Origin: Candidatus Parcubacteria bacterium
GTDB lineage: Bacteria; Patescibacteriota; Minisyncoccia; UBA6257; 2-01-FULL-56-20
Reading direction: 5' to 3'
Length of the DNA: 64,000 nt
Assembly: GCA_027355945.1 (NCBI GenBank)
Contig: DAIEHA010000001.1
Location: forward strand, 3,390 to 67,389
Within the stretch, counting starts at the first letter, position 1. Every line of letters begins with the position of its first letter. The position numbers and the translations under genes were made by a program. The notes under the pieces were generated by a model that was not told the DNA's origin, did not search any database, and was given only the letters and a program-made list of their open reading frames with translations. Below are positions 1-10,096 of this stretch, in pieces.

Positions 1-598
1 GCTCCTCGTACACGATCTCATCGTCCGAGATGGTCGTTTGCCCTTTGGGGTCCCAGTTGATCACGCGATGCCCGCGGTAGATGAGGCCGAGGTCATGGAG
101 TCGTGTGAAGGCGGTACGGACGGCGAAGCTGCGCGTCTCGTCGAGCGTGTAAGCCTCGCGGCTCCAGTCGAGGGATGCGCCCATGCGCTTGATCTGCTGC
201 ACGATGGTATCGTGGCTCGTCTGTGCATAGGATCGCACGCGGTGAAGAAGCTCCTCGCGTCCGAGGTCGTAGCGGGTCTTCTTCTCTTCTTTCAGGATAT
301 CCTTCTCCACGCGCGATTGCGTGGCGATCGCGGCATGGTCGGTGCCGGGGACCCAGAGGGTGCGCTTCCCGCGCATGCGGGCGTATCTGACCATGATGTC
401 CTCGATCGCAAGCATGGCAGCATGCCCCATGTGAAGGGTGCCCGTCACGTTCGGCGGGGGGAGTATGATGGAGAACGGTTCTGCGTCGGGATCGGTAACG
501 CCCTTCGCGATGCAGATATCGGGGTTGAAGTAGCCGGCTTCCTCCCAGCGGGCATAGATCCGGGATTCGACCTCCTGAATGTCGTAACGGGGTTCCAT
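1..598 (-). CDS. valS: Valine--tRNA ligase, N-terminal part (runs off window start)
   Basis: Manual translation from ATG 598: MEPRYDIQEVESRIYARWEE...PPPNVTGTLHMGHA...PGTDHAAIATQ...MGASLDWSRE...INWDP. Absent from the ORF track because it is open-ended. Confidence 0.96.
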   Translation of the reverse strand, partial: MEPRYDIQEVESRIYARWEEAGYFNPDICIAKGVTDPDAEPFSIILPPPNVTGTLHMGHAAMLAIEDIMVRYARMRGKRTLWVPGTDHAAIATQSRVEKDILKEEKKTRYDLGREELLHRVRSYAQTSHDTIVQQIKRMGASLDWSREAYTLDETRSFAVRTAFTRLHDLGLIYRGHRVINWDPKGQTTISDDEIVYEE

Positions 599-718
599 AT
601 GACCCGATTATAGAGGAAGGGGGCGTGATTTTCCATGGCATGCCGCACCGGACTCGCGAACACTGTCGTATAATGGGAAGAAAGGTCGAGCGAAGGATCA
701 ATCGAACACGAATACGAA

Positions 719-1084
719 ATGGAAGAAACCAAAAAGGAGGGATCGGGTATGGGGGGCGGAAAGACCTGCGCATGTCCTGAGGGGTGTGCGTGCAGCTGCG
801 GATGCAGCTGGCCGCACGGCCACCGCTGGTTCCGGGTCATCATCGGCCTCATCATTCTTGCGCTTGCGTTCTGGGTTGGCGTGAAGATCGGTGAATTGAA
901 GACGCTTGTCATGCGCGATGGATGGGGATACGGAAACTACTACGGGCATACAATGATGGGATATCCCGGCGGATATGGAGGGTATGGATACGGATATGAC
1001 GGTTCCGGATACGGAGGAAATGCCGTTCCGGCGCCTGCGCAGGGCGCAGGAACCTCGTCTCCGGCGACCCCTGCCACGCACTAG
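719..1084 (+). CDS. Small membrane protein with Cys/His-rich N-terminus and Gly/Tyr-rich C-terminus
   Basis: 121 aa; CACPEGCACSCGCSWPHGH, one hydrophobic helix, GYGGYGYGY tail; TATAAT at 669-674. Confidence 0.7.
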   Translation: MEETKKEGSGMGGGKTCACPEGCACSCGCSWPHGHRWFRVIIGLIILALAFWVGVKIGELKTLVMRDGWGYGNYYGHTMMGYPGGYGGYGYGYDGSGYGGNAVPAPAQGAGTSSPATPATH

Positions 1085-1170
1085 CGTTGCAGAGGGGGCG
1101 CGGGACGGAAGAGGGATGCGGCGTCGGCAAGACGCCGCATTTCATTTATAATGAGGGACGACGCACGAAA

Positions 1171-2337
1171 ATGATCGAATTCAAGGTAGTGAAAAAATCG
1201 AAAAAGAGCGCCGCCCGCCTGGGCGTATTGCGCACGCCCCATGGCGAGGTCATGACGCCGGCAATCGTGCCGGTGGCGACGCTTGCGGCCATAAAAGCGC
1301 TCCGCACCGACGAGGTGGCAGCCACCGGTACGCAGATGCTCATTTCGAACACCTATCATCTCCATCTTCAGCCCGGAGAGGATGTCGTGAAGTCCGCGGG
1401 CGGCATCAACAAGTTCATGGGTTGGAACGGTCCCTCCATGACCGATTCGGGCGGGTTCCAGGTGTTCAGCCTGGGATGGGGGAAGGACCTCGGGGTAGGG
1501 AAGGTGACGAGCGCCAAAAAGGCCTCCGCGCATCATCCCGACAAGATCGAAAAAGCGATCGCAAAAGGGAATCAGCCGAGGCATGTCACGATCACGGAGG
1601 ACGGCGTGAAGTTCCGGTCGCCACTCACCGGCGACGAGATGTTCCTTGGTCCGGAGGAATCGATCGCGATCCAGGGAAAGATCGGCGCAGATATCATGTT
1701 CGCGTTCGACGAGTGCACGCCTCCGGGCGCCACAAGGGACTATATGGCCCGTTCGCTCGCGCGCACCCATCGGTGGGCGCTTCGCAGCCTTGCGGCGCGC
1801 CGCACGAAACAGGGATTGTATGGCATCGTGCAGGGATCGAACTATGAGGATCTGAGGAAGGAGAGCGCCCGTTTCATTGGTGCGATCGAGGGATTCGACG
1901 GGTTCGGCATCGGAGGCGATCTTGGCGAGTCGCGCGAAGGGACGAAACGCATCTTGAAATGGGTCGTACCGCACCTCGACGAACATCTGCCGCGGCATCT
2001 GCTCGGCATGGGGCACCTGGAGGATATCGAAAACATCATGACGGGGGGCGTTGATACGTTCGATTGCACGGTACCGACGCATTATGCCCGCCATGGTATC
2101 GCATTCACCTCCAAGGGGCGCGTCGATTTCACGAAGGCGCCGCTGCTGAAGAGCAAGGAACCGGTGGACCGGGCCTGCGGGTGTCCGGTCTGCACGGTAT
2201 ACCGCAGGAATTACGTGGCACATCTTTTCCGTGCGGGGGAGATATCGGGGGGTGCCATGCTCACGGTCCACAATCTCTGGTTCTTCAACGGTTACGTGGC
2301 GCGCCTACGGGAGCGCATAAAGAAAGGGTTGCTGTAG
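1171..2337 (+). CDS. tgt: tRNA-guanine transglycosylase
   Basis: ARLGVLRTPHG, SNTYHL, TDSGGFQVFSL, GIVQG, GVDTFDC, CGCPVC zinc site; start taken at MIEFKV (1171). Confidence 0.95.
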   Translation: MIEFKVVKKSKKSAARLGVLRTPHGEVMTPAIVPVATLAAIKALRTDEVAATGTQMLISNTYHLHLQPGEDVVKSAGGINKFMGWNGPSMTDSGGFQVFSLGWGKDLGVGKVTSAKKASAHHPDKIEKAIAKGNQPRHVTITEDGVKFRSPLTGDEMFLGPEESIAIQGKIGADIMFAFDECTPPGATRDYMARSLARTHRWALRSLAARRTKQGLYGIVQGSNYEDLRKESARFIGAIEGFDGFGIGGDLGESREGTKRILKWVVPHLDEHLPRHLLGMGHLEDIENIMTGGVDTFDCTVPTHYARHGIAFTSKGRVDFTKAPLLKSKEPVDRACGCPVCTVYRRNYVAHLFRAGEISGGAMLTVHNLWFFNGYVARLRERIKKGLL

Positions 2338-2411
2338 GTTCGTGCATATCCTTGGTTTGTTCACATTTCCCTTTTTAGGCACCATGCTATAATGGACGTT
2401 GTTAGTAAGAA

Positions 2412-2452
2412 GAAAGACCGTTTTCCGGTGTGAGGCCGGAAAACGGTTTTTC
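2412..2452 (+). terminator. 17-bp hairpin / probable intrinsic terminator
   Basis: GAAAGACCGTTTTCCGG-tgtgagg-CCGGAAAACGGTTTTTC. Confidence 0.65.
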
Positions 2453-2503
2453 ATTTCGGGATGCGTTGCCGGGAAACGCTATTTTTCGTATAATAATGCC
2501 ACT

Positions 2504-5122
2504 ATGAATCGATTGCAGATCGTCTCGGAAAACGCACCGGCGGGAGATCAGCCGAAGGCCATCGGAGAGCTTGTCCAGGGACTGGAGCGCGGCTACCGCG
2601 ACCAGACCCTTCTTGGCGTCACGGGTTCGGGCAAGACGTTCACCGTTGCGAACGTGATCAAGGAGGTGCAGCGGCCGACGCTCGTCATCGCACATAACAA
2701 GACCCTCGCCGCACAGCTTTGCAACGAGTTCAGGGAGCTCTTTCCGAACAACTCGGTGAACTATTTCGTCTCGTATTACGATTATTACCAACCGGAGGCA
2801 TACATTCCCTCGAGCGACACCTATATCGACAAAGAGGCGCTCATCAACGACGAGATCGATAAGTTGCGTCATGCGGCGACGACCGCGCTCCTCACGCGCC
2901 GCGACGTGATCATCGTGGCATCCGTATCGTGCATCTACGGCCTCGGCGCGCCGGAGGTCTATGCCCAGAACATCTTCCACTTCAAGGTGGGCGATACGAT
3001 CGAACGGAAGGATTTCTCGCGGCGGCTCGTCGAGCTGCAGTTCTCGCGGACCAATGCCGATCTCAAAAGGGGAACGTACCGCCTGCGTGGGGAGAATTGG
3101 GAGATCATGCCGGCCGATCGCGAGGTGATCTACAATCTTGAGGTGAGCGGCGGCATCATCCGCACCATTTACGAGGTCGATCCCGTGGTCGGCTTCCGTC
3201 CCGGCAGGACGCCCGCGGTACCCGATGTGATCTTCGCGCCCGCCAAGCATTTCATCACGGAAGCGCCCGAGCGCGAGCGCGCGATCAAGGCGATCCAGAA
3301 AGAACTGAAGGAGCAATTGAAGAAGTTCGAGGAGGAGAAGAAGTTCCTGGAAGCGGAACGGATCGAGCGGCGCACCAAGTTCGATCTCGCGATGATGCGC
3401 GAGGTCGGATATTGCCATGGCATCGAGAACTACTCCCGGCATCTCTCGGGCCGCAAGGCCGGGGAACCGCCGGCCACGCTCCTCGATTATTTTCCGCACA
3501 AAGAGGATGGCACGCCGGATTTCCTTACCGTGATCGACGAATCGCATATGACGGTACCGCAACTCCAGGGGATGTTCAACGGCGATGCCGCGCGCAAGGA
3601 GACGCTCGTGGAATTCGGCTTCCGTTTGCCGTCCGCGAAGGATAATCGCCCGCTCCGCTTCGAGGAATTCCGGGAGCGCATCGGGCAGACCATTTATGTG
3701 TCCGCCACGCCGGGGCCGTATGAGGCAGAAAAGAGCGATCCTGCGCGCCACGGGGGCGTGGGGCAGATCGTGGAGCAGATCATCCGTCCGACCGGACTCG
3801 TGGATCCCAAAACGACCATCATTCCCGCCCGGGGCCAGGTGGAGGACCTCATTCCGCGTATCGAGGCGCGGGTGGCGAAGCACGACCGCGTGCTCGTGAC
3901 AACGCTCACGAAGCGCATGGCCGAAGACCTTTCGGCGTATCTCGAGGAGCGGAAGATAAAGGTGAACTATCTCCATAGCGATGTGAAGACGCTGGACCGC
4001 ATCAAGATCCTCACCGATCTCCGCCGCGGCAAGATCGAGGTGCTCGTCGGGGTGAACCTCCTGCGCGAAGGTCTCGACCTGCCCGAGGTGTCGCTCGTCG
4101 CCATTCTTGATGCCGACAAGGAGGGATTCCTGCGGAGTGAGGTGTCGCTCATCCAGACGATCGGCCGCGCGGCACGCAACGCCGAGGGGGAGGTGCTCAT
4201 CTACGCCGACCGCATCACGGGCTCCATCGAACGCGCGCTCAAGGAGACCGATCGCCGCCGTGCGATCCAGGTCGCATACAACAAAGAGCACGGCATCACG
4301 CCGCGCACCATCATAAAGAAGATCACTGACATCCTGCCGAACGTGGATGAGATCCTGAACATGGAGATGGCTCCGGTGCCGCGTTCGAAGACCGCGATCG
4401 AGAAGATGATCGCGCAGAAGGAACGCGAGATGCGCACGGCGGCGAAGGCGCTTGATTTCGAGCTTGCGGGAATCCTGCGTGACGAGATCAAGGAGCTCAG
4501 GAGGAAAGTATCGGAGAGCGGGATGGACGGCGCGCCGGCGCCGAAGCGCAAGGAGGAGGTGTCTGCGAAGAAGACGCCGTCTTCGCGCGCGAAGGGATAT
4601 GCTGCGATCCCTTTGCTCCTCATGGTCTTTTTCGGGGGCGCCGCGCTTCTTGGGGGTCTCTGGGCGCTCATGCCTCCCGTGTCCGTGCAGGCACCCGCCG
4701 CACCGGTATCGGGGATCCCGCCGGGAAATACTCCTTCAGGGACCGGTGCGTCCTCTTCGTCGGAACTGCCCTTCCGTGCGATCCCTTACGCGAATAGTTA
4801 TCCGGTGATCGGGCCGCGGGGCACCTTGGTCACCGTGCGTGCCCACGGCATCGTGCTCGCACCCACAAGCACCGTCGAGTTCGGGGGCCTTGCGGGGGCC
4901 GTCGTGGAATCGGTGGCGGGGGATGGGAGCAGATTGACATTCATCGTGCCTGGCATGCTCGGGCCGGTCTGCCGTGCGCACGAACCCTGTTCCATGTTCC
5001 GGAGGGTCGTCGTGAGCGGGACCTACGATGTGACGGTCGTGACGGACGGCATCGATGTGTCCGCGGGATCGTTCACGGTGACAGGGGCTGCAGCGACTCC
5101 TTCGGTGACGCCCATGCTCTGA
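2504..5122 (+). CDS. uvrB: Excinuclease ABC subunit B with C-terminal TM + IPT/TIG-like extension
   Basis: [60 protein letters not shown] coiled coil, then ~200 extra aa. Start ATG 2504 follows TATAAT at 2489-2494. Confidence 0.95.
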   Translation: MNRLQIVSENAPAGDQPKAIGELVQGLERGYRDQTLLGVTGSGKTFTVANVIKEVQRPTLVIAHNKTLAAQLCNEFRELFPNNSVNYFVSYYDYYQPEAYIPSSDTYIDKEALINDEIDKLRHAATTALLTRRDVIIVASVSCIYGLGAPEVYAQNIFHFKVGDTIERKDFSRRLVELQFSRTNADLKRGTYRLRGENWEIMPADREVIYNLEVSGGIIRTIYEVDPVVGFRPGRTPAVPDVIFAPAKHFITEAPERERAIKAIQKELKEQLKKFEEEKKFLEAERIERRTKFDLAMMREVGYCHGIENYSRHLSGRKAGEPPATLLDYFPHKEDGTPDFLTVIDESHMTVPQLQGMFNGDAARKETLVEFGFRLPSAKDNRPLRFEEFRERIGQTIYVSATPGPYEAEKSDPARHGGVGQIVEQIIRPTGLVDPKTTIIPARGQVEDLIPRIEARVAKHDRVLVTTLTKRMAEDLSAYLEERKIKVNYLHSDVKTLDRIKILTDLRRGKIEVLVGVNLLREGLDLPEVSLVAILDADKEGFLRSEVSLIQTIGRAARNAEGEVLIYADRITGSIERALKETDRRRAIQVAYNKEHGITPRTIIKKITDILPNVDEILNMEMAPVPRSKTAIEKMIAQKEREMRTAAKALDFELAGILRDEIKELRRKVSESGMDGAPAPKRKEEVSAKKTPSSRAKGYAAIPLLLMVFFGGAALLGGLWALMPPVSVQAPAAPVSGIPPGNTPSGTGASSSSELPFRAIPYANSYPVIGPRGTLVTVRAHGIVLAPTSTVEFGGLAGAVVESVAGDGSRLTFIVPGMLGPVCRAHEPCSMFRRVVVSGTYDVTVVTDGIDVSAGSFTVTGAAATPSVTPML

Positions 5123-5251
5123 GTGTGAGGGCTGGATTATTCCTCCGGGAGGTCCTATACTTGCGGATACGCACCCCCTATGAGCGTTCCGCCCGGGGGC
5201 GTTTGGATACGATGCCTCCTTCAAATCATCCCCATCATTTTCATCATTCCC

Positions 5252-7813
5252 ATGCCGCAGCACGATAAGATCGTCATCAAAGGCGCCCGAGAGCACAATC
5301 TGAAAAATATCGATCTTGAGATCCCGAGGGATAAGATGGTCGTCTTCACCGGCCTTTCGGGTTCCGGAAAATCGTCGCTTGCGTTCGACACGATATTCGC
5401 CGAAGGGCAGCGGCGGTACATCGAATCGCTGTCCGCCTATGCGCGGCAGTTCCTCGGCCGTCTCGACAAGCCCGATGTGGACGACATCGAGGGACTTTCA
5501 CCCGCGATCTCGATCGATCAGAAATCGCATTCCGCGAACCCGCGTTCCACGGTGGCAACGATCACGGAGATCTACGATTATCTCCGCGTGCTCTTCGCGC
5601 GCGCAGGCACGCCGTTCTGCCCGACCTGCGGACGCGAGATCAAGAAGCTGACGAACGAGGAGATCGTGGATATCGCGATCGACATCGCGAAGGAGAATGC
5701 GGGGCCGAAGGGCGCGCACAAGAACCTTCTCGTCCTTGCGCCCGTCGTGCGGGGCAGGAAGGGGGAATATTACCAGATGCTCTACGATTTCCTGAACGCC
5801 GGGTTCAGCGAGGTGCGCATCGACGGCAAATATCATTCGCTCCGCGAACGCGTGGATCTCGGCCGCTATAAGACGCACGACATCGATCTCGTGATCGACC
5901 GCATTCCCGCGGGAATGGACTTCAAGGACAAAGATAACCGGCTCCGCCTCTCCGAGGCGATCGAGAGCGGCCTCAAGTACGGCAACGCGGTCGTCACGAT
6001 CATCACCGACAGGGAGGTGTCGCTCTCGGCGAAGTTCACATGTCCGCACGACGGGTTTTCCTTTCCGGAGATCGAACCGCGCCTTTTCTCGTTCAACAGT
6101 CCGTATGGTGCGTGTCCGGAATGCCATGGCCTCGGTACGAAGGACCTCTGGTCCGAGGAGCTTTGTACGGTGTGCGAGGGCAAGCGCCTGCGCGTGGAGG
6201 CGCTCAACGTCCTCGTCAAGGACAAGAACATCAATACGGTCGCCCAGCTTTCCATCGAGGACGCCCATGCGTTCTTTTCCTCGCTCGCATTCAAGGAGGC
6301 CTCGAAGAACGACGTCGCCGAGGCGCCGCTTCGCGAGATCAAAAGCCGCCTGAAGTTCATGATGGACGTAGGTCTCGAATATCTCACGCTCGATCGCAAG
6401 GCCGGCACGCTCTCCGGCGGCGAGGCGCAGCGCATACGGCTTGCATCGCAGATCGGTTCACGGCTCGTGGGCACGCTTTACATCCTCGATGAGCCCACAA
6501 TCGGCCTCCATCAGCGCGACAACGACAAGCTCATCCATACGCTCCTCGAACTCCGCGATCTCGGCAACACGATCATCGTCGTCGAACACGACGAGGATAC
6601 GATCCGGGCGTCCGATTATCTGGTGGACATCGGTCCGGGCGCGGGCGTGCACGGCGGCAATGTCGTGGCGGCCGGTCCTATCCCGCAGATCCTGAACGAT
6701 ACGAAGCAGCGATCGCTCACACTCGATTATCTTCGCGGCAAGCAGTTCATCGCCGTGCCGGACGAGCGGCGCAGCGTGGTGCTCGTGGACGATAAAAAGA
6801 AGGGGAGCGGCGCACAGGAAGCGATCAAGGTCCGTGGCGCGCATGCCAACAATCTGAAGGACGTCGACGTCGATATCCCGTTGCGCCGCTTCACGTGCGT
6901 CACTGGCGTGTCGGGCAGCGGCAAATCGTCGCTCGTGTATGACGTGCTCTACAAAGCGGTCGCCGACAAGCTGAATCATGCGAACTATAAGGTTGGCGGC
7001 TATAAGTCGCTCATGGGCCTCGAGTACATCAATCGCATCATCAACATCGACCAGTCGCCGATCGGCCGTACGCCGCGTTCCAATCCGGCGACGTATGTGG
7101 GCGCATGGACGCATATTCGCGATCTTTTCGCATCGACCGAGGATGCGCGCGTGCGCGGCTACAAACCCGGTCGTTTCAGCTTCAACGTGCCCGGCGGACG
7201 GTGCGAGAACTGCGAGGGCCATGGCACGATCGCGATAGAGATGCATTTCCTTCCCACGGTGTACGTATCGTGCGATATATGCAAAGGCAAACGCTTCGAC
7301 CGCGAGACGCTCGAAGTGGAGTATAAGGGCAAGAGCATCTACGACGTGCTCCAGATGACGATCGAAGAGGCGGCGAAGTTCTTCGGAGACATCCCATGGC
7401 TCGAGGATAAGCTCTCCATCCTCGAAGAGGTGGGGCTCGGATACCTGGAACTCGGCCAATCGGCGACGACGCTCTCCGGCGGCGAGGCGCAGCGCATCAA
7501 GCTTGCCGCCGAGCTTGGGAAGCGCGATACGCACCGCACGCTGTATCTTCTGGATGAACCCACCACGGGATTGCATTTTGCGGACATCGATCAGCTGCTC
7601 AAGGTGCTTCAGCGCCTCGTGGACCGCGGCAATACCGTTGTCGTCATCGAGCACAATCTCGACGTGATCAAGACCGCTGATTGGGTGATCGATCTCGGTC
7701 CCGAAGGCGGCGCCCGCGGAGGGACCATCGTCGCGACCGGGACCCCCGAGGAGATCGTTCGCAAGAAGGAGAGCTATACCGGACAATATCTCCGCAAGGT
7801 CCTCGAGAGATAA
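5252..7813 (+). CDS. uvrA: Excinuclease ABC subunit A
   Basis: GAREHNLKN, two Walker A motifs ([18 protein letters not shown]), two LSGGEAQR signatures, zinc fingers; start MPQHDKI. Confidence 0.97.
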   Translation: MPQHDKIVIKGAREHNLKNIDLEIPRDKMVVFTGLSGSGKSSLAFDTIFAEGQRRYIESLSAYARQFLGRLDKPDVDDIEGLSPAISIDQKSHSANPRSTVATITEIYDYLRVLFARAGTPFCPTCGREIKKLTNEEIVDIAIDIAKENAGPKGAHKNLLVLAPVVRGRKGEYYQMLYDFLNAGFSEVRIDGKYHSLRERVDLGRYKTHDIDLVIDRIPAGMDFKDKDNRLRLSEAIESGLKYGNAVVTIITDREVSLSAKFTCPHDGFSFPEIEPRLFSFNSPYGACPECHGLGTKDLWSEELCTVCEGKRLRVEALNVLVKDKNINTVAQLSIEDAHAFFSSLAFKEASKNDVAEAPLREIKSRLKFMMDVGLEYLTLDRKAGTLSGGEAQRIRLASQIGSRLVGTLYILDEPTIGLHQRDNDKLIHTLLELRDLGNTIIVVEHDEDTIRASDYLVDIGPGAGVHGGNVVAAGPIPQILNDTKQRSLTLDYLRGKQFIAVPDERRSVVLVDDKKKGSGAQEAIKVRGAHANNLKDVDVDIPLRRFTCVTGVSGSGKSSLVYDVLYKAVADKLNHANYKVGGYKSLMGLEYINRIINIDQSPIGRTPRSNPATYVGAWTHIRDLFASTEDARVRGYKPGRFSFNVPGGRCENCEGHGTIAIEMHFLPTVYVSCDICKGKRFDRETLEVEYKGKSIYDVLQMTIEEAAKFFGDIPWLEDKLSILEEVGLGYLELGQSATTLSGGEAQRIKLAAELGKRDTHRTLYLLDEPTTGLHFADIDQLLKVLQRLVDRGNTVVVIEHNLDVIKTADWVIDLGPEGGARGGTIVATGTPEEIVRKKESYTGQYLRKVLER

Positions 7814-7833
7814 CGGGGTGTTATACTGGAACC

Positions 7834-8115
7834 ATGGTACGCATCGCAGACGGGAAGATCTATCATTACGACCGGAAGATAGGATGGCTCGAGGGGCAGC
7901 ACGTCCATAACGAGGAGGACGGGAAGGTACTTGGATATTGGGAGAACGAAAGCGTCTATGGCGCAGGCGGGCACAGGATCGCATACATCCATGAGGATGA
8001 TTTTGTGTACGCAAGCGGCCGCGTGGCAGGATCGCTCGAGCACATCAACGAGCAGATCCACGGAGGTGCATCCATCCTCGCAAAGTGCGCGGTGAAAGTG
8101 CTGTTCGACCTGTGA
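7834..8115 (+). CDS. Small beta-flower-like hypothetical protein
   Basis: 93 aa with repeated 'G-x-IY...G-x-x-IG-W/Y' units; TATACT 6 nt before the ATG; fills the uvrA-uvrC gap. Confidence 0.7.
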   Translation: MVRIADGKIYHYDRKIGWLEGQHVHNEEDGKVLGYWENESVYGAGGHRIAYIHEDDFVYASGRVAGSLEHINEQIHGGASILAKCAVKVLFDL

Positions 8116-8124
8116 CAGACCCTT

Positions 8125-9384
8125 ATGGCAAAGACGGATATCGCTTATAAGAAATTCCCGGAGACGCCGGGCGTATACGTGATGAAGGATGCGGAGGGGA
8201 GTGTGCTGTACGTGGGGAAGGCGGCGAACCTTCGCCGGCGGGTCTCGAGCTACTTCGAGCGTCCCCATGACATCCGCATCCAGACGCTCGTGGGCCGGAT
8301 TGCGAAGATAGACATCCACCGGACCGATACCGCGCTCGAAGCGCTCATCCTGGAAGCGGAACTCATCAAAAAGCTCAGGCCGCCTTTCAATGTGCGCGAG
8401 AAGGATGACAAGAGCTTCCTTTACGTGGAGATCGAATCGCGCGAACGGTTCCCGCGGGTGATGCTCGTGCGCGGCAAGGACGCGGAGCGAGGGCGCCGGT
8501 ATGGGCCGTTCACGTCGGCTTCGTCGGCGCGGGAGGCGATGCGCATCTTGCGCCGCATCTTCCCGTGGAACGAGCATGCGCCGGATGCGGTCGGAAGGAT
8601 GGCGCGGCCGTGTTTCGATTACGAGGTCGGTCTGTGCCCGGGAACGTGCATCGGCGCGGTGACGCACGGCGACTATATGGCGCACACGGTGGCCCCCCTC
8701 AGGATGTTTTTCGAAGGCGGGAAGAAGCGCGTACTCGTGACGTTCGAAAAGGAGATGCGCACGGCGGCGAAGGCGCTCGATTTTGAAATGGCGGAAACGC
8801 TGCGTCGGCGGATCTTCGCGCTGAAGCACGTGCAGGACAGTACGCTGATCTCGGAATCGGAGGTGCTTCTTCCGGCGGCCGGCCCCGCCGCGGAGGCAGG
8901 TGCACGGCAAGCCCCGTACCGCATCGAGGGATATGATATATCGAACATTTCAGGGACCTCCTCCGTCGGTTCCATGGTGGTATTCGAGGGAGGGGAGCCG
9001 AACAAGGACGAATACCGCAAATTCAAAATCAGGAGCGTTTCCGGACCGAACGACGTGGGCATGCTTACCGAGGTTCTCGAGCGGCGGTTCGCGCCGACGC
9101 ACCGGGGGGTCGAGGCGGGGAAAGGAGGATGGCGGATGCCGGACCTCGTTCTGATCGATGGCGGTCTTGCGCAGGCGAATGCGGCGAAAAAGGTGCTCCT
9201 CCGGGCGGGATTGCGCATTCCGGTGCTTGGCATCGCAAAAGGGCCGGAACGGAAGCGTAACGACATCATCGGCGCGATGCCGAAAGGCGTTCGCAAAGAG
9301 ACGCTCGTGCGCGTGCGGGATGAAGCGCATAGGTTTGCGATCGGCTATCACAAAGCGCTTCGCCGCGTGCGGACATTCCAGTGA
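8125..9384 (+). CDS. uvrC: Excinuclease ABC subunit C (short, no C-terminal HhH)
   Basis: GIY-YIG (PGVY..LYVGKA.NLRRRV.SY), Cys cluster, UVR, RNase H-like (IEGYDIS, LIDGG, RDEAHRFA), then ends. Confidence 0.93.
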   Translation: MAKTDIAYKKFPETPGVYVMKDAEGSVLYVGKAANLRRRVSSYFERPHDIRIQTLVGRIAKIDIHRTDTALEALILEAELIKKLRPPFNVREKDDKSFLYVEIESRERFPRVMLVRGKDAERGRRYGPFTSASSAREAMRILRRIFPWNEHAPDAVGRMARPCFDYEVGLCPGTCIGAVTHGDYMAHTVAPLRMFFEGGKKRVLVTFEKEMRTAAKALDFEMAETLRRRIFALKHVQDSTLISESEVLLPAAGPAAEAGARQAPYRIEGYDISNISGTSSVGSMVVFEGGEPNKDEYRKFKIRSVSGPNDVGMLTEVLERRFAPTHRGVEAGKGGWRMPDLVLIDGGLAQANAAKKVLLRAGLRIPVLGIAKGPERKRNDIIGAMPKGVRKETLVRVRDEAHRFAIGYHKALRRVRTFQ

Positions 9385-9402
9385 ATCGCATGGCGCGAGC
9401 AT

Positions 9403-9436
9403 AAAAAAAGCGCGCCACTCGGAAGAGCGGCGCGCC
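9403..9436 (-). terminator. Intrinsic terminator between convergent genes
   Basis: AAAAAAA-GCGCGCC...GGCGCGC; U-tract on the minus strand. Confidence 0.55.
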
Positions 9437-9463
9437 GGCCCGGGCCCAAAGAGCAGCAGGGTC

Positions 9464-10066
9464 TCAGTTGATGATGGTCACGGGGCCGTTCATGATGCTG
9501 CCGAGCCCGTTACCGTCGAAGCTCACGCGGATGAGGTAGCTGCCGGGAAGGACGTCCTTCATTGAGGGGCTGTTGCGCGAAAGGTATACCGAGCGCGCAT
9601 CCCATGTGTACGACATTTGATCGGGTCCTGTCTGTGAAAGGATGACGCCGACGAGCGTCTTCGTCGTGGCATTAATAAGATCGATCTGCCCCGTGACCTT
9701 CGCGGAATTGCTCCATGCGATGGTGTTCTGCTGCTTGATCACCCAGGTGGTGTTGGGCGCGGGAGAGATGAGGCTGATCGTGAGAGCCCCCGCCGGGATT
9801 TTCGCAGAGGTTCCCGCAGTGGTCTTTGCGGGCGAGGGGCTTCCCGAGGGAAGGGCGGAAGGGCCCGCGGGGACGGAGGCCGAGGAAGGCGATGAGGGAA
9901 GGGCGGAGGCTGATGCGTTCGCGGTGCCGCTCGCATTTTGAGGGGGCGCAACGGGCGCAAGGGCCTTGTTGGCCCGGAAGAGCAGGATGGCGAGGATGAC
10001 CACAGCGACCACGAGCACGGCGATCACCACGAGCACGGTACGGGGACGGTTTTGGATTATGTTCAT
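9464..10066 (-). CDS. Membrane-anchored surface protein (N-terminal TM, Ser/Pro/Ala linker, Ig-like beta domain)
   Basis: Hydrophobic N-terminus, low-complexity linker, 'ISLISP..W...I.W...I.L...Y.WD...PG.Y.I' pattern; TGCTACTAT 6 nt before ATG 10066. Confidence 0.75.
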   Translation of the reverse strand: MNIIQNRPRTVLVVIAVLVVAVVILAILLFRANKALAPVAPPQNASGTANASASALPSSPSSASVPAGPSALPSGSPSPAKTTAGTSAKIPAGALTISLISPAPNTTWVIKQQNTIAWSNSAKVTGQIDLINATTKTLVGVILSQTGPDQMSYTWDARSVYLSRNSPSMKDVLPGSYLIRVSFDGNGLGSIMNGPVTIIN

Positions 10067-10096
10067 AAGAATATAGTAGCATATCAAGGAAGGGAT

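Noticed and set aside
38-613. 191-aa + strand ORF, and other long antisense ORFs such as 2402-4291, 37059-38606, 42609-44300, 54245-56062 and 61245-63014
   Set aside because: Antisense shadows of real genes caused by high GC3 codon bias; they show no recognisable motifs.
2392-2433. 13-codon mini-[16 protein letters not shown]
   Set aside because: Its ATG overlaps the TATAAT itself, so it would not be in that transcript; no SD.
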